Origin: a virus
Direction: 5' to 3' (one strand)
Length of the DNA: 64,000 nucleotides
Virus record (IMG/VR): IMGVR_UViG_3300045988_141624
Coordinates: 1-64,000 of that record
Below the pieces are notes generated by a model. It was not told the origin of the DNA. It saw only the letters and a list, made by a program, of their open reading frames with translations, and did no database searches. The position numbers and the translations under genes were made by a program. Shown here piece by piece: positions 44,048-53,566 of the stretch (position 1 is its first letter; each line of letters begins with the position of its first letter).

Positions 44048-45106
44048 TTAACCCACTGTTTGCCAACTAGGATGATATTCAGCGTCAAAAGCCATATAAG
44101 CACCCGCTACATAAGAATAGAAAATAATAGCTTGACCATATGTTAATGCTGTTCCACCAGCAGGGAACACAGCCCTTATAGAGTATTCATTTCCACTATT
44201 ATAACTCATTTCTAATGTTGTGACTTGTGCGTCTAACATTTCATTTGTGCCAGGGTACTGCACCTGAAAAGTTCCGTGTTGAACCAAAGTAGGTACTGAA
44301 ACTCTCATTGTCGTAGGCAACCAAAAAGCAATTGCAGCCGAAGTTCTGGACGTAGCTACACCAATTGAGAAAGGCAACTTATCATTGGGAGAACTAGCGG
44401 AATTAGGCTTATAGCCATAACGCATATAATAACGTTGACATTTCAATAGTTCTTCACTATAATTGGGCAACTGATATTTAGTTAAATACTTACCAAACTC
44501 AAATTTGGCCCATTGAATAGCTACATAATTATCAGCTGGCGTTTCCCCTGTTGCAGGAGTAGCATATTTTGAAATAATTTTAACAATAACTACATTGTCA
44601 TTCGGCAATAAATAAAAAGATAAATTATCATTTGTTACTGCATTAGCTTCGCCAGCATTAAGAGTCCCCGTGACATAATCCGTTGTACCATCTTCATAAC
44701 CCACAGAAAGCGTAAAGAACTTACCTAAATAATCGGATAAACCATAAATAGCTTGACACAACCCTGTTTCCACTCTAATTCCTCGCCCAGTGTCATAACG
44801 AGTCACATTTCCAGTAGACGTACCTTCAGCGGGATACCATCTATCTAACCAGTATCCAGCATCTGTTACCCCAGCTGTAGAACCACTTAAATCAGCCAAA
44901 TTCCCAGAACCATATTGATAAATTGGATTCAAGAAATTTGAATTAATAAGTAGATTATCATTACTACTACCCTCTTCTAACCTAGTAATTTCATCTTGTA
45001 AAGTGGTGGTTCCATCACCCATAATAACCATGTCAGAATTGGTTTTAAAAATTAATTCATTGTTTTGTCCACTTTGATGAACAAAAGGTTGAACATTTAT
45101 TTGCAT
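44048..45106 (-). CDS. Tail fibre / receptor-binding protein, paralogue B1
   Basis: The ATG at 45106 follows AAAGGGGTGG. Motifs are as for the 43077 gene. Confidence 0.55.
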   Translation of the reverse strand: MQINVQPFVHQSGQNNELIFKTNSDMVIMGDGTTTLQDEITRLEEGSSNDNLLINSNFLNPIYQYGSGNLADLSGSTAGVTDAGYWLDRWYPAEGTSTGNVTRYDTGRGIRVETGLCQAIYGLSDYLGKFFTLSVGYEDGTTDYVTGTLNAGEANAVTNDNLSFYLLPNDNVVIVKIISKYATPATGETPADNYVAIQWAKFEFGKYLTKYQLPNYSEELLKCQRYYMRYGYKPNSASSPNDKLPFSIGVATSRTSAAIAFWLPTTMRVSVPTLVQHGTFQVQYPGTNEMLDAQVTTLEMSYNSGNEYSIRAVFPAGGTALTYGQAIIFYSYVAGAYMAFDAEYHPSWQTVG

Positions 45107-45119
45107 AAAATCCACCCCT

Positions 45120-45827
45120 TTATAATTGTAATAAATAAATTTGTCCTTCATAAAGAGAAGAAGGCGCTTGTGTATATAAATCTATTGTCGATGTTATAAA
45201 CTCAAAAAACACACCCCAATACTGTGAAGTTGTTGAAGGCGTATTACCCGTGTTATTATCCTGTTTGGAATAATATAAATAATCTCCATCTATACACAAA
45301 TCATTCTTATTATATGTAATAGTTTCATCATAAACACCTCTATAAGTGCAATCAAAACCTAAATATCCCTTTTCTCCCTTTAATCCAATATACAACCAAT
45401 TCTCTGAGTCTGTTAAGCCGTTTTCTACTGCTGTATTTTCCTTTATACATACATATAAATTGCCGCTATTATCCGTTACAAAATTCAATGGACAATAAGT
45501 CTCACCCACAGTAAAAACGCCTTTAGAGATGAGATTTTGTATATTGTAGTCATAGTTTTCTTGTAATTCTTTTAACTTATCCTCTACGTTTATATAATAA
45601 TAGTTTTGCAACACTGTAAACGCACTATTTAGATTGTTTACTAAAGTTGCATTAGTAACTTTATTTTTTAATGTAGATAAATTGTTATTTACAAAATTAA
45701 TAGCGTTACTATAATTTCCTTGAATATAATATTGTTGAAAAGTATTCCAACTATCTTTATCACTCAAATGTATATCTTCTTTAATAGAAAATTTTACATC
45801 AGTGTTTGGGTTTGCTTTTTCTGCCAT
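45120..45827 (-). CDS. Tail fibre-associated structural protein, paralogue A2
   Basis: Similar layout to the 45832 gene: an N-terminal helical part, Y/W-rich beta repeats, and the C-terminus PSSLYEGQIY. Confidence 0.5.
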   Translation of the reverse strand: MAEKANPNTDVKFSIKEDIHLSDKDSWNTFQQYYIQGNYSNAINFVNNNLSTLKNKVTNATLVNNLNSAFTVLQNYYYINVEDKLKELQENYDYNIQNLISKGVFTVGETYCPLNFVTDNSGNLYVCIKENTAVENGLTDSENWLYIGLKGEKGYLGFDCTYRGVYDETITYNKNDLCIDGDYLYYSKQDNNTGNTPSTTSQYWGVFFEFITSTIDLYTQAPSSLYEGQIYLLQL

Positions 45828-45831
45828 AATA

Positions 45832-46572
45832 TCACTCCACTATCCCAAACCATAGCTCTCCTTCTTCCAAAGAACTAGGTGGTTCATTAATGGGCACAAT
45901 AGAATAAGTGGCTGTAGTTAAATTACCAATTAATTCCCAATAAGCTAAAGAATCTGGTGGAACGTTACCAGTGTTAGGTGTTTGCAGAGATAGATACAAA
46001 CCGTTTTGATATGTTACCAAAACATTTGTTTCATAATTCTCTGTTGAACTCCAATCACCTAAATAGCTAATTCCATCACCTTTATCACCTTTTTCGCCTT
46101 GAATAGTTAATTGTCGCCAATAAGAAGGGTTTAAAGGCGTTACGCCAACAGGAACATCACTCAAAGCAATATAAACGACATTAGAACTCTTGTCAGGAAA
46201 ATACACTAAATTGTGTTGTTTATAAGACGATGTATTACTATATTCCCCAATCAAGCTAAATTGATTAATAATATCTAGCCACTCTTGTTGTTTTTGAGCA
46301 ATATAAGTTGTCAAATCGCTTTTAAAAAATCTTTCCAGAGCCATAGCAGTATCTTGCAAAGCATTTATTTTTATACTATTAATAATTTTATTGTCAGCAT
46401 TAGGAATTTGTTGATAAATTGTTTGCGCTGTTGCAATGTCACCATTCTCTATTGCTGTCTGATATTGTTTAATCAATGCACCATCCGTTGATTCAACATC
46501 TTGCATTGTTGTAAACGTTTGAATAGAATCTGGAAAACTTGTAAATCCTAAATCTTTATATGTAACACTCAT
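45832..46572 (-). CDS. Tail fibre-associated structural protein, paralogue A1
   Basis: A short collagen-like GEKGDKGDG, and the C-terminus PPSSLEEGELW paralleling the 45120 gene. Confidence 0.5.
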   Translation of the reverse strand: MSVTYKDLGFTSFPDSIQTFTTMQDVESTDGALIKQYQTAIENGDIATAQTIYQQIPNADNKIINSIKINALQDTAMALERFFKSDLTTYIAQKQQEWLDIINQFSLIGEYSNTSSYKQHNLVYFPDKSSNVVYIALSDVPVGVTPLNPSYWRQLTIQGEKGDKGDGISYLGDWSSTENYETNVLVTYQNGLYLSLQTPNTGNVPPDSLAYWELIGNLTTATYSIVPINEPPSSLEEGELWFGIVE

Positions 46573-46585
46573 TTTTTCACCGTCC

Positions 46586-47971
46586 TTAAATATCAGGATA
46601 TAAGGGATAATAACGCACCATGTTTATAGTTTGCGAACCATCGGGCGATAAACTGGTGTCAATACTTTTAATAATATATTGGTTTGTTTCTGCTGAATTT
46701 ACACGAGTATAATCCACCAAAATATTTACATCAAGCCAATACAGAGGCACAACAGATAAAGAAATACTATCGTTTAACCGAGTGTGGAGCCAAAGCTCAT
46801 AATTTGCTCTTTGTTGCGCCAAATCATTACTCCAAATATTTTCATATTCGTCCCCATAAAACACTTGACGAATTTCACCTATGGTATTTATATAAAAAGG
46901 TGAGTCAGGATTTTCATCTTTTGCTATTGCATAAGGTTGTTGGTATCCTAAAAACAGAAAATTTTCTTCACCCTTATATTGAACCACATAAAATTTGTTA
47001 GCTTGAGGAATAACAGCAGTCGTTCCATCTTCATTAACCAATGGGTAGGCTGGAAGAGAATTTATCTTTAGCATTGGATTTTCTACAATAGATGGAGCCT
47101 TAAATCCATAAATCAATCCCTTGGTCAATGAATTCACACCAGCCATTGTAACATTATATGTATTTCCATCGACCGCAGCTTCGCCATAATGAGAAGGGTC
47201 ATGAGACATTCCATATACCTCAACCACATTCTTAACTTCACCAAAATCAACACTGGTAGATTCAGATAAAACAATTTGCTTCCACATATCATCTTGAATA
47301 TAAGAGGCTTCATTTTGTCCACTAGGAATTCGTTGATAATGAAAAACGCCATCCACATCAAAGAATATCTCATAATTAGGCGTAATATCCCTTAATTCAG
47401 ATAAAATATCATAAACAGTTCCACCTTGATCAATTTTTATTTCATAAGGCACTGGTTGAGGGTTATCTTCAATAACATAATTATTAAACCCACCCAAATC
47501 AACCAATGTACTTATCATTGAATCACGAATACTACTGTCTTGAGGAATAATAGTCGGGATACCTTCAAGATAACCATTCCTCTGCCCTGTTAATTTCGAC
47601 ATTAAATCCAATCCTTGTAAAGACAATGTAGAATTACCAGGGTCATAGCTCCAAGAAGGGGCGTCTACCAAATAAATACCCATATTTATCCAATCGCCGC
47701 TGTTTAAATAATCAACAAACACTTGAAAATATTTATCAACCCAAATTCTTCCACCAGGTTGCAATTCTAATGTACTGTCTTTAACTACCAATGAAAGACT
47801 ACAAGTTCTTCGTATATCTGCTGTTGCGTCTACATTAATGCTTCCATCCAACACCACACCAGTAATTTCATCAACTGTTTGCATGTTAAAATTTAAAATA
47901 TTTATTTTAACCCTTAAATCACGAATATTCTTTTTAGCATCTTTGTACATTGCTCCCGTGATAGACGCCAT
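46586..47971 (-). CDS. Tail tip/baseplate structural protein (hub/Tal-like position)
   Basis: 461-aa late-operon ORF next to the 47976 gene. The family was not resolved by eye. Confidence 0.4.
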   Translation of the reverse strand: MASITGAMYKDAKKNIRDLRVKINILNFNMQTVDEITGVVLDGSINVDATADIRRTCSLSLVVKDSTLELQPGGRIWVDKYFQVFVDYLNSGDWINMGIYLVDAPSWSYDPGNSTLSLQGLDLMSKLTGQRNGYLEGIPTIIPQDSSIRDSMISTLVDLGGFNNYVIEDNPQPVPYEIKIDQGGTVYDILSELRDITPNYEIFFDVDGVFHYQRIPSGQNEASYIQDDMWKQIVLSESTSVDFGEVKNVVEVYGMSHDPSHYGEAAVDGNTYNVTMAGVNSLTKGLIYGFKAPSIVENPMLKINSLPAYPLVNEDGTTAVIPQANKFYVVQYKGEENFLFLGYQQPYAIAKDENPDSPFYINTIGEIRQVFYGDEYENIWSNDLAQQRANYELWLHTRLNDSISLSVVPLYWLDVNILVDYTRVNSAETNQYIIKSIDTSLSPDGSQTINMVRYYPLYPDI

Positions 47972-47975
47972 CTAC

Positions 47976-48881
47976 TCATCCCTCCTTTACTAATCCGTTG
48001 TCATTCCAATCTTCTTGACTGCTTAAATCACCTACTTCTGTCCATGAGAAATCAACAGAAGTTAAACCCATACCATAATTGGAATCATAATTTATTGTTG
48101 GTGAATCTGTTACAAAGACACACCATATATTTCCGTTCCAGTCTTTCAAAACTTTAGCTGATTTTGTAGTCAAGAAATCCTCTACCGCTTTGCGCTCTTC
48201 AGCCATTTCATATCTGTCTAAAATTCTATTCTTCAAATAATCTTTGGGTAAAATATTCCCAGATACGCTACCTGTTTCATAATTTAACAAAGAATTAGAT
48301 ACAACAATAGGATATTTCTTGCCAATAGGTTCAAAAACGCCTACTTTTTGAACTCTAGTAGAAGAACCATAACTAACTCCTGAATAGAATTTATATATGG
48401 AATCTATATCCGCAATAAAAATTCCGTCAAATTGACTGAATACTTCATTAATAATATATTGGCCCTCAATGCCTTGTACAACGGGCACAAAAGCATATTC
48501 ATATGTGACATTGTTTTCATTGAAATAATCGTTAAACACTAATTTTGTAATATCGGAAAAACTTGTTACTTCGTATGAGCCAATAGTCAACCAATCAAAT
48601 GTCCCTTTAACACGTCTCTTAACCCTAATTTCAGAAATCTGCGTAGATAAGAACCCAATGTTCCCCGCAGACAAATCCCCCTCGAATTTAGCGTCAAAAA
48701 TAGTATTATAATCCCAATCAGGGAAAGTTGTTGTATATGAGAAATTTGTATCTTTTGTGATTAACATCTCATCATAAATTCCGTTTTGAATTTGAATTTG
48801 ATTAATTTTCTCCACAGAGGTAGGCGTTGGGTCTAAACTGTTTTTATCTAAAGCAAAATTGTAGCCTAAAAATTCAAACAT
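47976..48881 (-). CDS. Tail/baseplate structural protein (Dit-like position)
   Basis: 301-aa late-operon ORF with stop-start abutment to its neighbours. Confidence 0.4.
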   Translation of the reverse strand: MFEFLGYNFALDKNSLDPTPTSVEKINQIQIQNGIYDEMLITKDTNFSYTTTFPDWDYNTIFDAKFEGDLSAGNIGFLSTQISEIRVKRRVKGTFDWLTIGSYEVTSFSDITKLVFNDYFNENNVTYEYAFVPVVQGIEGQYIINEVFSQFDGIFIADIDSIYKFYSGVSYGSSTRVQKVGVFEPIGKKYPIVVSNSLLNYETGSVSGNILPKDYLKNRILDRYEMAEERKAVEDFLTTKSAKVLKDWNGNIWCVFVTDSPTINYDSNYGMGLTSVDFSWTEVGDLSSQEDWNDNGLVKEG

Positions 48882-49475
48882 TTAAGACACTCTTTTCCAA
48901 AAATATACGCAATAATACGGGGGAATGTTATTATGAGACTGTCCATCCCCCGCACTGGAAATACCGCTAGTGGAACCAGGGCCCCACCAGTTGGCAATAT
49001 AATCTTGATATATTCTAATAGGATAAGCGCCTGTTTTCTTTGTTAGTTTAGAGCCAGAGTTTACCCCATTATAAGCATGTGTATGAGAAGGCATTTGTGC
49101 TGTTGTAAGAGTAACTCTCTTTTCGCCCCCTGTTTTTCCTGTTGTGGAAAAATCTGTGTCACTTGTGTTTACACCCACTAAAAAATTACCAGGAGCAATC
49201 TGTTGCCAAGTTCCGCTTAAATAGTTATTAGGGTTTGCACTGGAAGAATCCAATACAATTACTGACCCAACTGGAAACATTGTTTCAGTAATATTGGATA
49301 CAATATTTTGAACAGCTGATTGAATATCTGCTTTCCACAGAGTTTGAATATTCTGCAAATCAATTTGCTTAATATTTTGATTGTTATTTATAATGAACCC
49401 ATCAGTGGTTCCCATTGAATCAGTGGTATCCACTGAAGATAATAATTTTGTTTGTTCTCCTGCCATAAATATCAC
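48882..49475 (-). CDS. Phage tail-collar domain protein (MdpB-like)
   Basis: GGEKRVTLTTAQMPSHTH and GQSHNNIPPYY are the tail-collar signatures. An alternative ATG start lies at 49466. Confidence 0.7.
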   Translation of the reverse strand: MIFMAGEQTKLLSSVDTTDSMGTTDGFIINNNQNIKQIDLQNIQTLWKADIQSAVQNIVSNITETMFPVGSVIVLDSSSANPNNYLSGTWQQIAPGNFLVGVNTSDTDFSTTGKTGGEKRVTLTTAQMPSHTHAYNGVNSGSKLTKKTGAYPIRIYQDYIANWWGPGSTSGISSAGDGQSHNNIPPYYCVYFWKRVS

Positions 49476-49483
49476 CAGCCTTT

Positions 49484-50656
49484 TTATTCAACATAGAAAG
49501 AATCATCGGCATCAACAAAATATACATCAGGGTTTATAGAATCCATGTAATATGTTATTCTGTTATAAATAGCACCTAAATTCTCTATCTGTAATTCATA
49601 AAGATTTTGCACTCGTCTAAACCAAATGAAAATATAATCTTGCCCACTTGCTTCATCAATGTAATTGCTATGAATATAATAAGACATTCCATTCAAAGGA
49701 GTTACTTTAGCGCTCACATAATCTTTATAAATATCCGCTTCATCGTAACCTTTTTGATAAAACAACTCTATTTTATCCCCATTGGTATTAGAATAGGTTA
49801 TAATATTGGTGTAAGGATTGAATTTGCGCCCTAAAACCATTGTTGTAAAGCCGCCATTAATTTCAAAGCCATCTGTCCATTTAACCCAAACACCGTTATC
49901 TGTTAAATCTATTTCCTCATTGCCATTATATTTAGGAGGATTTGCATTTGTTTCCCCATCAATACTAATCAAATTAGAAGTAATATTTACATATCCTTCA
50001 TCACACATATTCGTTATTTCCAACAAAGTAAACATAGTTGGTCTTGTATAACGAACAGTAAACTCAATTAAACCAGTTGTAGTTGCTAAATTATTAACAG
50101 TTACACCAGTAATTTCTATGTAATATATAGTAGCGTTGTCAAACCCAGAAATAGTGTATGATAAATCTAAAGGAACTTCCGTGCTGTTAGCATAAAGTTC
50201 GCCGCTTGTAGATATTAATCTTTTATTTGTATCATACAAATTCACCACATAAGTATTCAACGCTTGATTTTGTGCTTGTGTATATTGAAATGTAAAATTA
50301 TATGTGGCATTTTCAATTACATTACCTATTGGAATATTAGTTAATGTAAAAACAGGTTGTGCATAACAATAAAACTGTATAGGGGAACTTGCAGGGCTTT
50401 CAGCTCCCGTAGAATCCGACACAGTTAAATAAGCATTATAATAGACACCATTTGTTAAAGTGTTAGCAGGTAGAATGTGTTCGTACTTTAACCCTTCTTG
50501 ACTTTGTGAATAAACAACTTGGTTTTTTGTGTTTTCTCGAATTGTTAAAGTGTTCTTTACAATCTGTTGAGAACCATTATAATTAAAAGTAAATATTTGC
50601 TGTTGTGTTGCGTCAAACGCATTAACAGTATTTAAAACAGGTTTAACCAATGCCAT
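49484..50656 (-). CDS. Tail structural protein with Ig/FN3-like beta-rich repeats
   Basis: 390 aa, rich in T/N/Y, with no TM segment, in the late operon. Confidence 0.4.
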   Translation of the reverse strand: MALVKPVLNTVNAFDATQQQIFTFNYNGSQQIVKNTLTIRENTKNQVVYSQSQEGLKYEHILPANTLTNGVYYNAYLTVSDSTGAESPASSPIQFYCYAQPVFTLTNIPIGNVIENATYNFTFQYTQAQNQALNTYVVNLYDTNKRLISTSGELYANSTEVPLDLSYTISGFDNATIYYIEITGVTVNNLATTTGLIEFTVRYTRPTMFTLLEITNMCDEGYVNITSNLISIDGETNANPPKYNGNEEIDLTDNGVWVKWTDGFEINGGFTTMVLGRKFNPYTNIITYSNTNGDKIELFYQKGYDEADIYKDYVSAKVTPLNGMSYYIHSNYIDEASGQDYIFIWFRRVQNLYELQIENLGAIYNRITYYMDSINPDVYFVDADDSFYVE

Positions 50657-50670
50657 TCTATCACCTCCGC

Positions 50671-51039
50671 TCAGATTTGTACATATGTGAATCTACCCGC
50701 TATCGCTTGTAATTGCTCTACTTGAGTTTGTAATTGTGTAATTTGGTTTTGCAAATCTTCTGCCACCGTATCTGTTTTTAAGTTCGCCGCCGCAATTCCA
50801 TCTTCAATATCTGACAAAGCAGTAGTTAATCCGCTTACATATTGTTGTTCTATTTCAAAATAAGGCAAAGCACTCCAATCAGAAGTGCCGTCCCCTATTT
50901 TTACCTTATAAGGCGTACCAGAAGTATCAATCCCGATTTCGCCTTTTGAAAGAATTGGGTTGGCCGTTCCCCATTCAGAAGAGCCATCATTTCTTAAAAT
51001 AATTTTCCCTTTTATTTCTCTTTGCGCCATAGCAGTCAC
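50671..51039 (-). CDS. Short fibre protein with an Mtd_N/HylP-type N-terminal domain and a coiled-coil C-terminus
   Basis: IILRNDGSSEWGTANPILSKGEIGIDTSG..KIGDGTSDWSALPY. Confidence 0.55.
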   Translation of the reverse strand: MTAMAQREIKGKIILRNDGSSEWGTANPILSKGEIGIDTSGTPYKVKIGDGTSDWSALPYFEIEQQYVSGLTTALSDIEDGIAAANLKTDTVAEDLQNQITQLQTQVEQLQAIAGRFTYVQI

Positions 51040-51042
51040 ACC

Positions 51043-52356
51043 TTAGACAGTAGCGCCGCCACCGTTAATAATATATGTATCCGTAGAAAGTAGAACATCA
51101 TCCCCTACGGTCATAACACCTTCTGCGTCTACATTTACATTATTCCCACCTGTTGAAGCTTTTACTACACCAACTTGAGTAGTCGTTGCAATCTGTGTGT
51201 TTTTAACAAAAGAAGCAGAAATTGTACCCTTCCCACTAACAAAGTTAATGTCATCAGAACTCTCTACAATACCTGCTGTGTCACCATTAGCAACCTGGAC
51301 ACCCGTTGTAGAATAATACAAAAATACCCAAGCACTACCATTATAATAATAAATAGCGTCTTTTACTACATCAGACGGAGTAAAAGTAATCTGAACATCG
51401 CAAGCATCCCATTTAGCTGGAGATGTGTGTTGTGCTGTAATAGCAGCAATAGCAGCTGTGTCAATGGTTGATTGGTTTGCGCCATCTACCACAGAAGTAG
51501 ACACACCAGTTAAATAATTATATTTAGGAATGTTGTTAATCTGTTCCTGAATACCACTTGTTACACCAGACAAATATCCCAATTCCGTTTTGGTAACATC
51601 ACTTGCTTCCAAAGCACCTGTTGACCCAGAAACAATGGCTCTATCAGGTGTCAAACTAATTGAATCCTGTTTGCCGTCTACCTCTTGTTGCAACTCATCT
51701 ATCGCCAATTGTACATTGGTTGCACTTCCAGCCATGCCCGAAGGAGGTGTGATAGACACATTCGTACCACTCACCGTGCCATTAGAATCTAATTTCCCAT
51801 CTAATTGTGTTTTGATTTTATTAGCTGTCCATAAAGCATTATTAGCACTTGCGTCTGCGCCCGTTACATTATCATTAACCACTAGATTCCCCGACGCCGA
51901 AGGAGTGCTATTTTTAATAGCGTCAGCGCTATCGGCTTTAATAGCAGCGTTTACATATCCCTGATCGGCTTTGGGGTTGTTAGCGAACTGAGATTTTAAC
52001 ATATCCCCCGCGCCTAAATCAGATAAATCATCAGGTGTTACTAACTGTTTCCAGACCGCATTTTGACTGGCATTGCTATAAATTAAATATGCTTTATTGT
52101 TTGTTGTGTCCAACCATAATGTGCCTAGTTTATAATCACTATCACTTGCCGTTGGTGCAGCGGCTTTAACAACCACACTAGACGCATTAATAGTAAGAGC
52201 ATTGTCCCAAGTAGCAACCCCGTCACCATATTTAACCACACCTGTATCAGTCTCAATGCCTAATTCACCTTTTAATAACACAGGATTAGCACTAGACCAA
52301 TTAGCAGCTGTGTCGTTTCTAATAATAATTCTACTATTTAATTGTCTTTGTGACAC
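51043..52356 (-). CDS. Tail fibre protein with an Mtd_N/HylP-type N-terminal domain
   Basis: IIIRNDTAANWSSANPVLLKGELGIETDTGVVKYGDGVATW, followed by a long G/S/T/A/N-rich fibre region. Confidence 0.6.
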   Translation of the reverse strand: MSQRQLNSRIIIRNDTAANWSSANPVLLKGELGIETDTGVVKYGDGVATWDNALTINASSVVVKAAAPTASDSDYKLGTLWLDTTNNKAYLIYSNASQNAVWKQLVTPDDLSDLGAGDMLKSQFANNPKADQGYVNAAIKADSADAIKNSTPSASGNLVVNDNVTGADASANNALWTANKIKTQLDGKLDSNGTVSGTNVSITPPSGMAGSATNVQLAIDELQQEVDGKQDSISLTPDRAIVSGSTGALEASDVTKTELGYLSGVTSGIQEQINNIPKYNYLTGVSTSVVDGANQSTIDTAAIAAITAQHTSPAKWDACDVQITFTPSDVVKDAIYYYNGSAWVFLYYSTTGVQVANGDTAGIVESSDDINFVSGKGTISASFVKNTQIATTTQVGVVKASTGGNNVNVDAEGVMTVGDDVLLSTDTYIINGGGATV

Positions 52357-52379
52357 ATTATCTCGCCCCTTCTTTATGA

Positions 52380-52874
52380 TTATGTGGCACTGCCACCATT
52401 TATAACTTCAATATCATCATAGTTGGAACCTATACAAAAATATTTCATATCTGTTGTATCCCATCTATAAATCTTATTGTTTGTTGTGTCTAAAAATATA
52501 TCTTTTTCCCATCCACTATTAGGAATAACTGGAAATTCTAAATAAGTAACATAAGAATGTAGCTCACCCAATAAATCTAATTGCCCAGAGGTTTTGTTTC
52601 CAACCAGTTCATGACCATTAATACTAGGCTTATTGTCAAGCTTGTTATAATCGCCTTCTTTATAAACTACTTGACTACGATTAAACTCTACTTGAATATC
52701 AGTCACTACATTCCCTTGAATTGTTTCTACATCAGTTGTTTTCGCACCATCTAAAACTACACTTGTCTCAAGAACATTTCCTTGACTAGATTGAACCTCT
52801 GTGACTACATTCCCTTGGTTTGATTGAATATTAGTGACTGCGTCCCCCCCATTGGAAACAACAACCGTGCTCAT
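52380..52874 (-). CDS. Tail fibre-like protein with internal short repeats
   Basis: Three repeats of the form (S/T)(N/S/I)QGNVVT(E/D)(V/I)Q, then LDNKPSINGHELVGNK. Confidence 0.45.
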   Translation of the reverse strand: MSTVVVSNGGDAVTNIQSNQGNVVTEVQSSQGNVLETSVVLDGAKTTDVETIQGNVVTDIQVEFNRSQVVYKEGDYNKLDNKPSINGHELVGNKTSGQLDLLGELHSYVTYLEFPVIPNSGWEKDIFLDTTNNKIYRWDTTDMKYFCIGSNYDDIEVINGGSAT

Positions 52875-53263
52875 ACACTCACCGTATTTTCAACACAAAT
52901 AGTAGAAGCGGGTAATAAAGTGGTTATATCATCGTTTTCCATTTTAACCCCTACTTTATAAAAACCATAAGGAAATAAAGCTGTAATTTCAGGTGTGAAC
53001 TCCATTTTTATTGTATTATCAGTATATTCTTGATTTTCAAAAACAAAAGTATAAATACTTTTATCTGTATGTAAATTCTTTTTAAAATCTACTATAATTT
53101 TGTCAGTCGATTGCAAAACATAATCCGTGCCATCACATTGTTTTATAGTAAATTTTAAGCTCCATACAAAGGTATCCCCTTCGTACCAATAAATTTTACC
53201 ATTTCTAATTCGTGGAGAACTCCCCCCACCCATTAGAAAATTTTCACATTGACATTGACACAT
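52871..53263 (-). CDS. Hypothetical structural protein
   Basis: Overlapping stop-start with its neighbour. Beta-rich. Confidence 0.45.
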   Translation of the reverse strand: MCQCQCENFLMGGGSSPRIRNGKIYWYEGDTFVWSLKFTIKQCDGTDYVLQSTDKIIVDFKKNLHTDKSIYTFVFENQEYTDNTIKMEFTPEITALFPYGFYKVGVKMENDDITTLLPASTICVENTVSV

Positions 53264-53279
53264 CTAGTATCACGCTCTT

Positions 53280-53525
53280 TCACATTATGAAAGCTAGATT
53301 CATATTATTTTGAGGAATACATATCTTAACTGTTGCGCCAACTGTTAATGTTTTATCCCCATATAATGGCAATGTATAGCTTTTGCCATTCATTACAACT
53401 TTATAACCAGTAGAATCTATACTTTCTATTAAACCAGTATAAATTTTTGTTCCTGTATCATTCTTTTTAATTAAATATTCTATTGCCTTAACAATTTCAA
53501 CCATTGCCTGTTTTTCTTCGTCCAT
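53280..53525 (-). CDS. Hypothetical small protein
   Basis: First ORF after the tape-measure gene. Confidence 0.45.
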   Translation of the reverse strand: MDEEKQAMVEIVKAIEYLIKKNDTGTKIYTGLIESIDSTGYKVVMNGKSYTLPLYGDKTLTVGATVKICIPQNNMNLAFIM

Positions 53526-53566
53526 TTATTCATCACTCACATTTTATAGCTAATAAGCAGAGAGCC

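Noticed and set aside
51043-52356. Diversity-generating retroelement associated with the Mtd_N-like fibre.
   Set aside because: There is no reverse transcriptase ORF, and no template/variable repeat pair is visible in this window.
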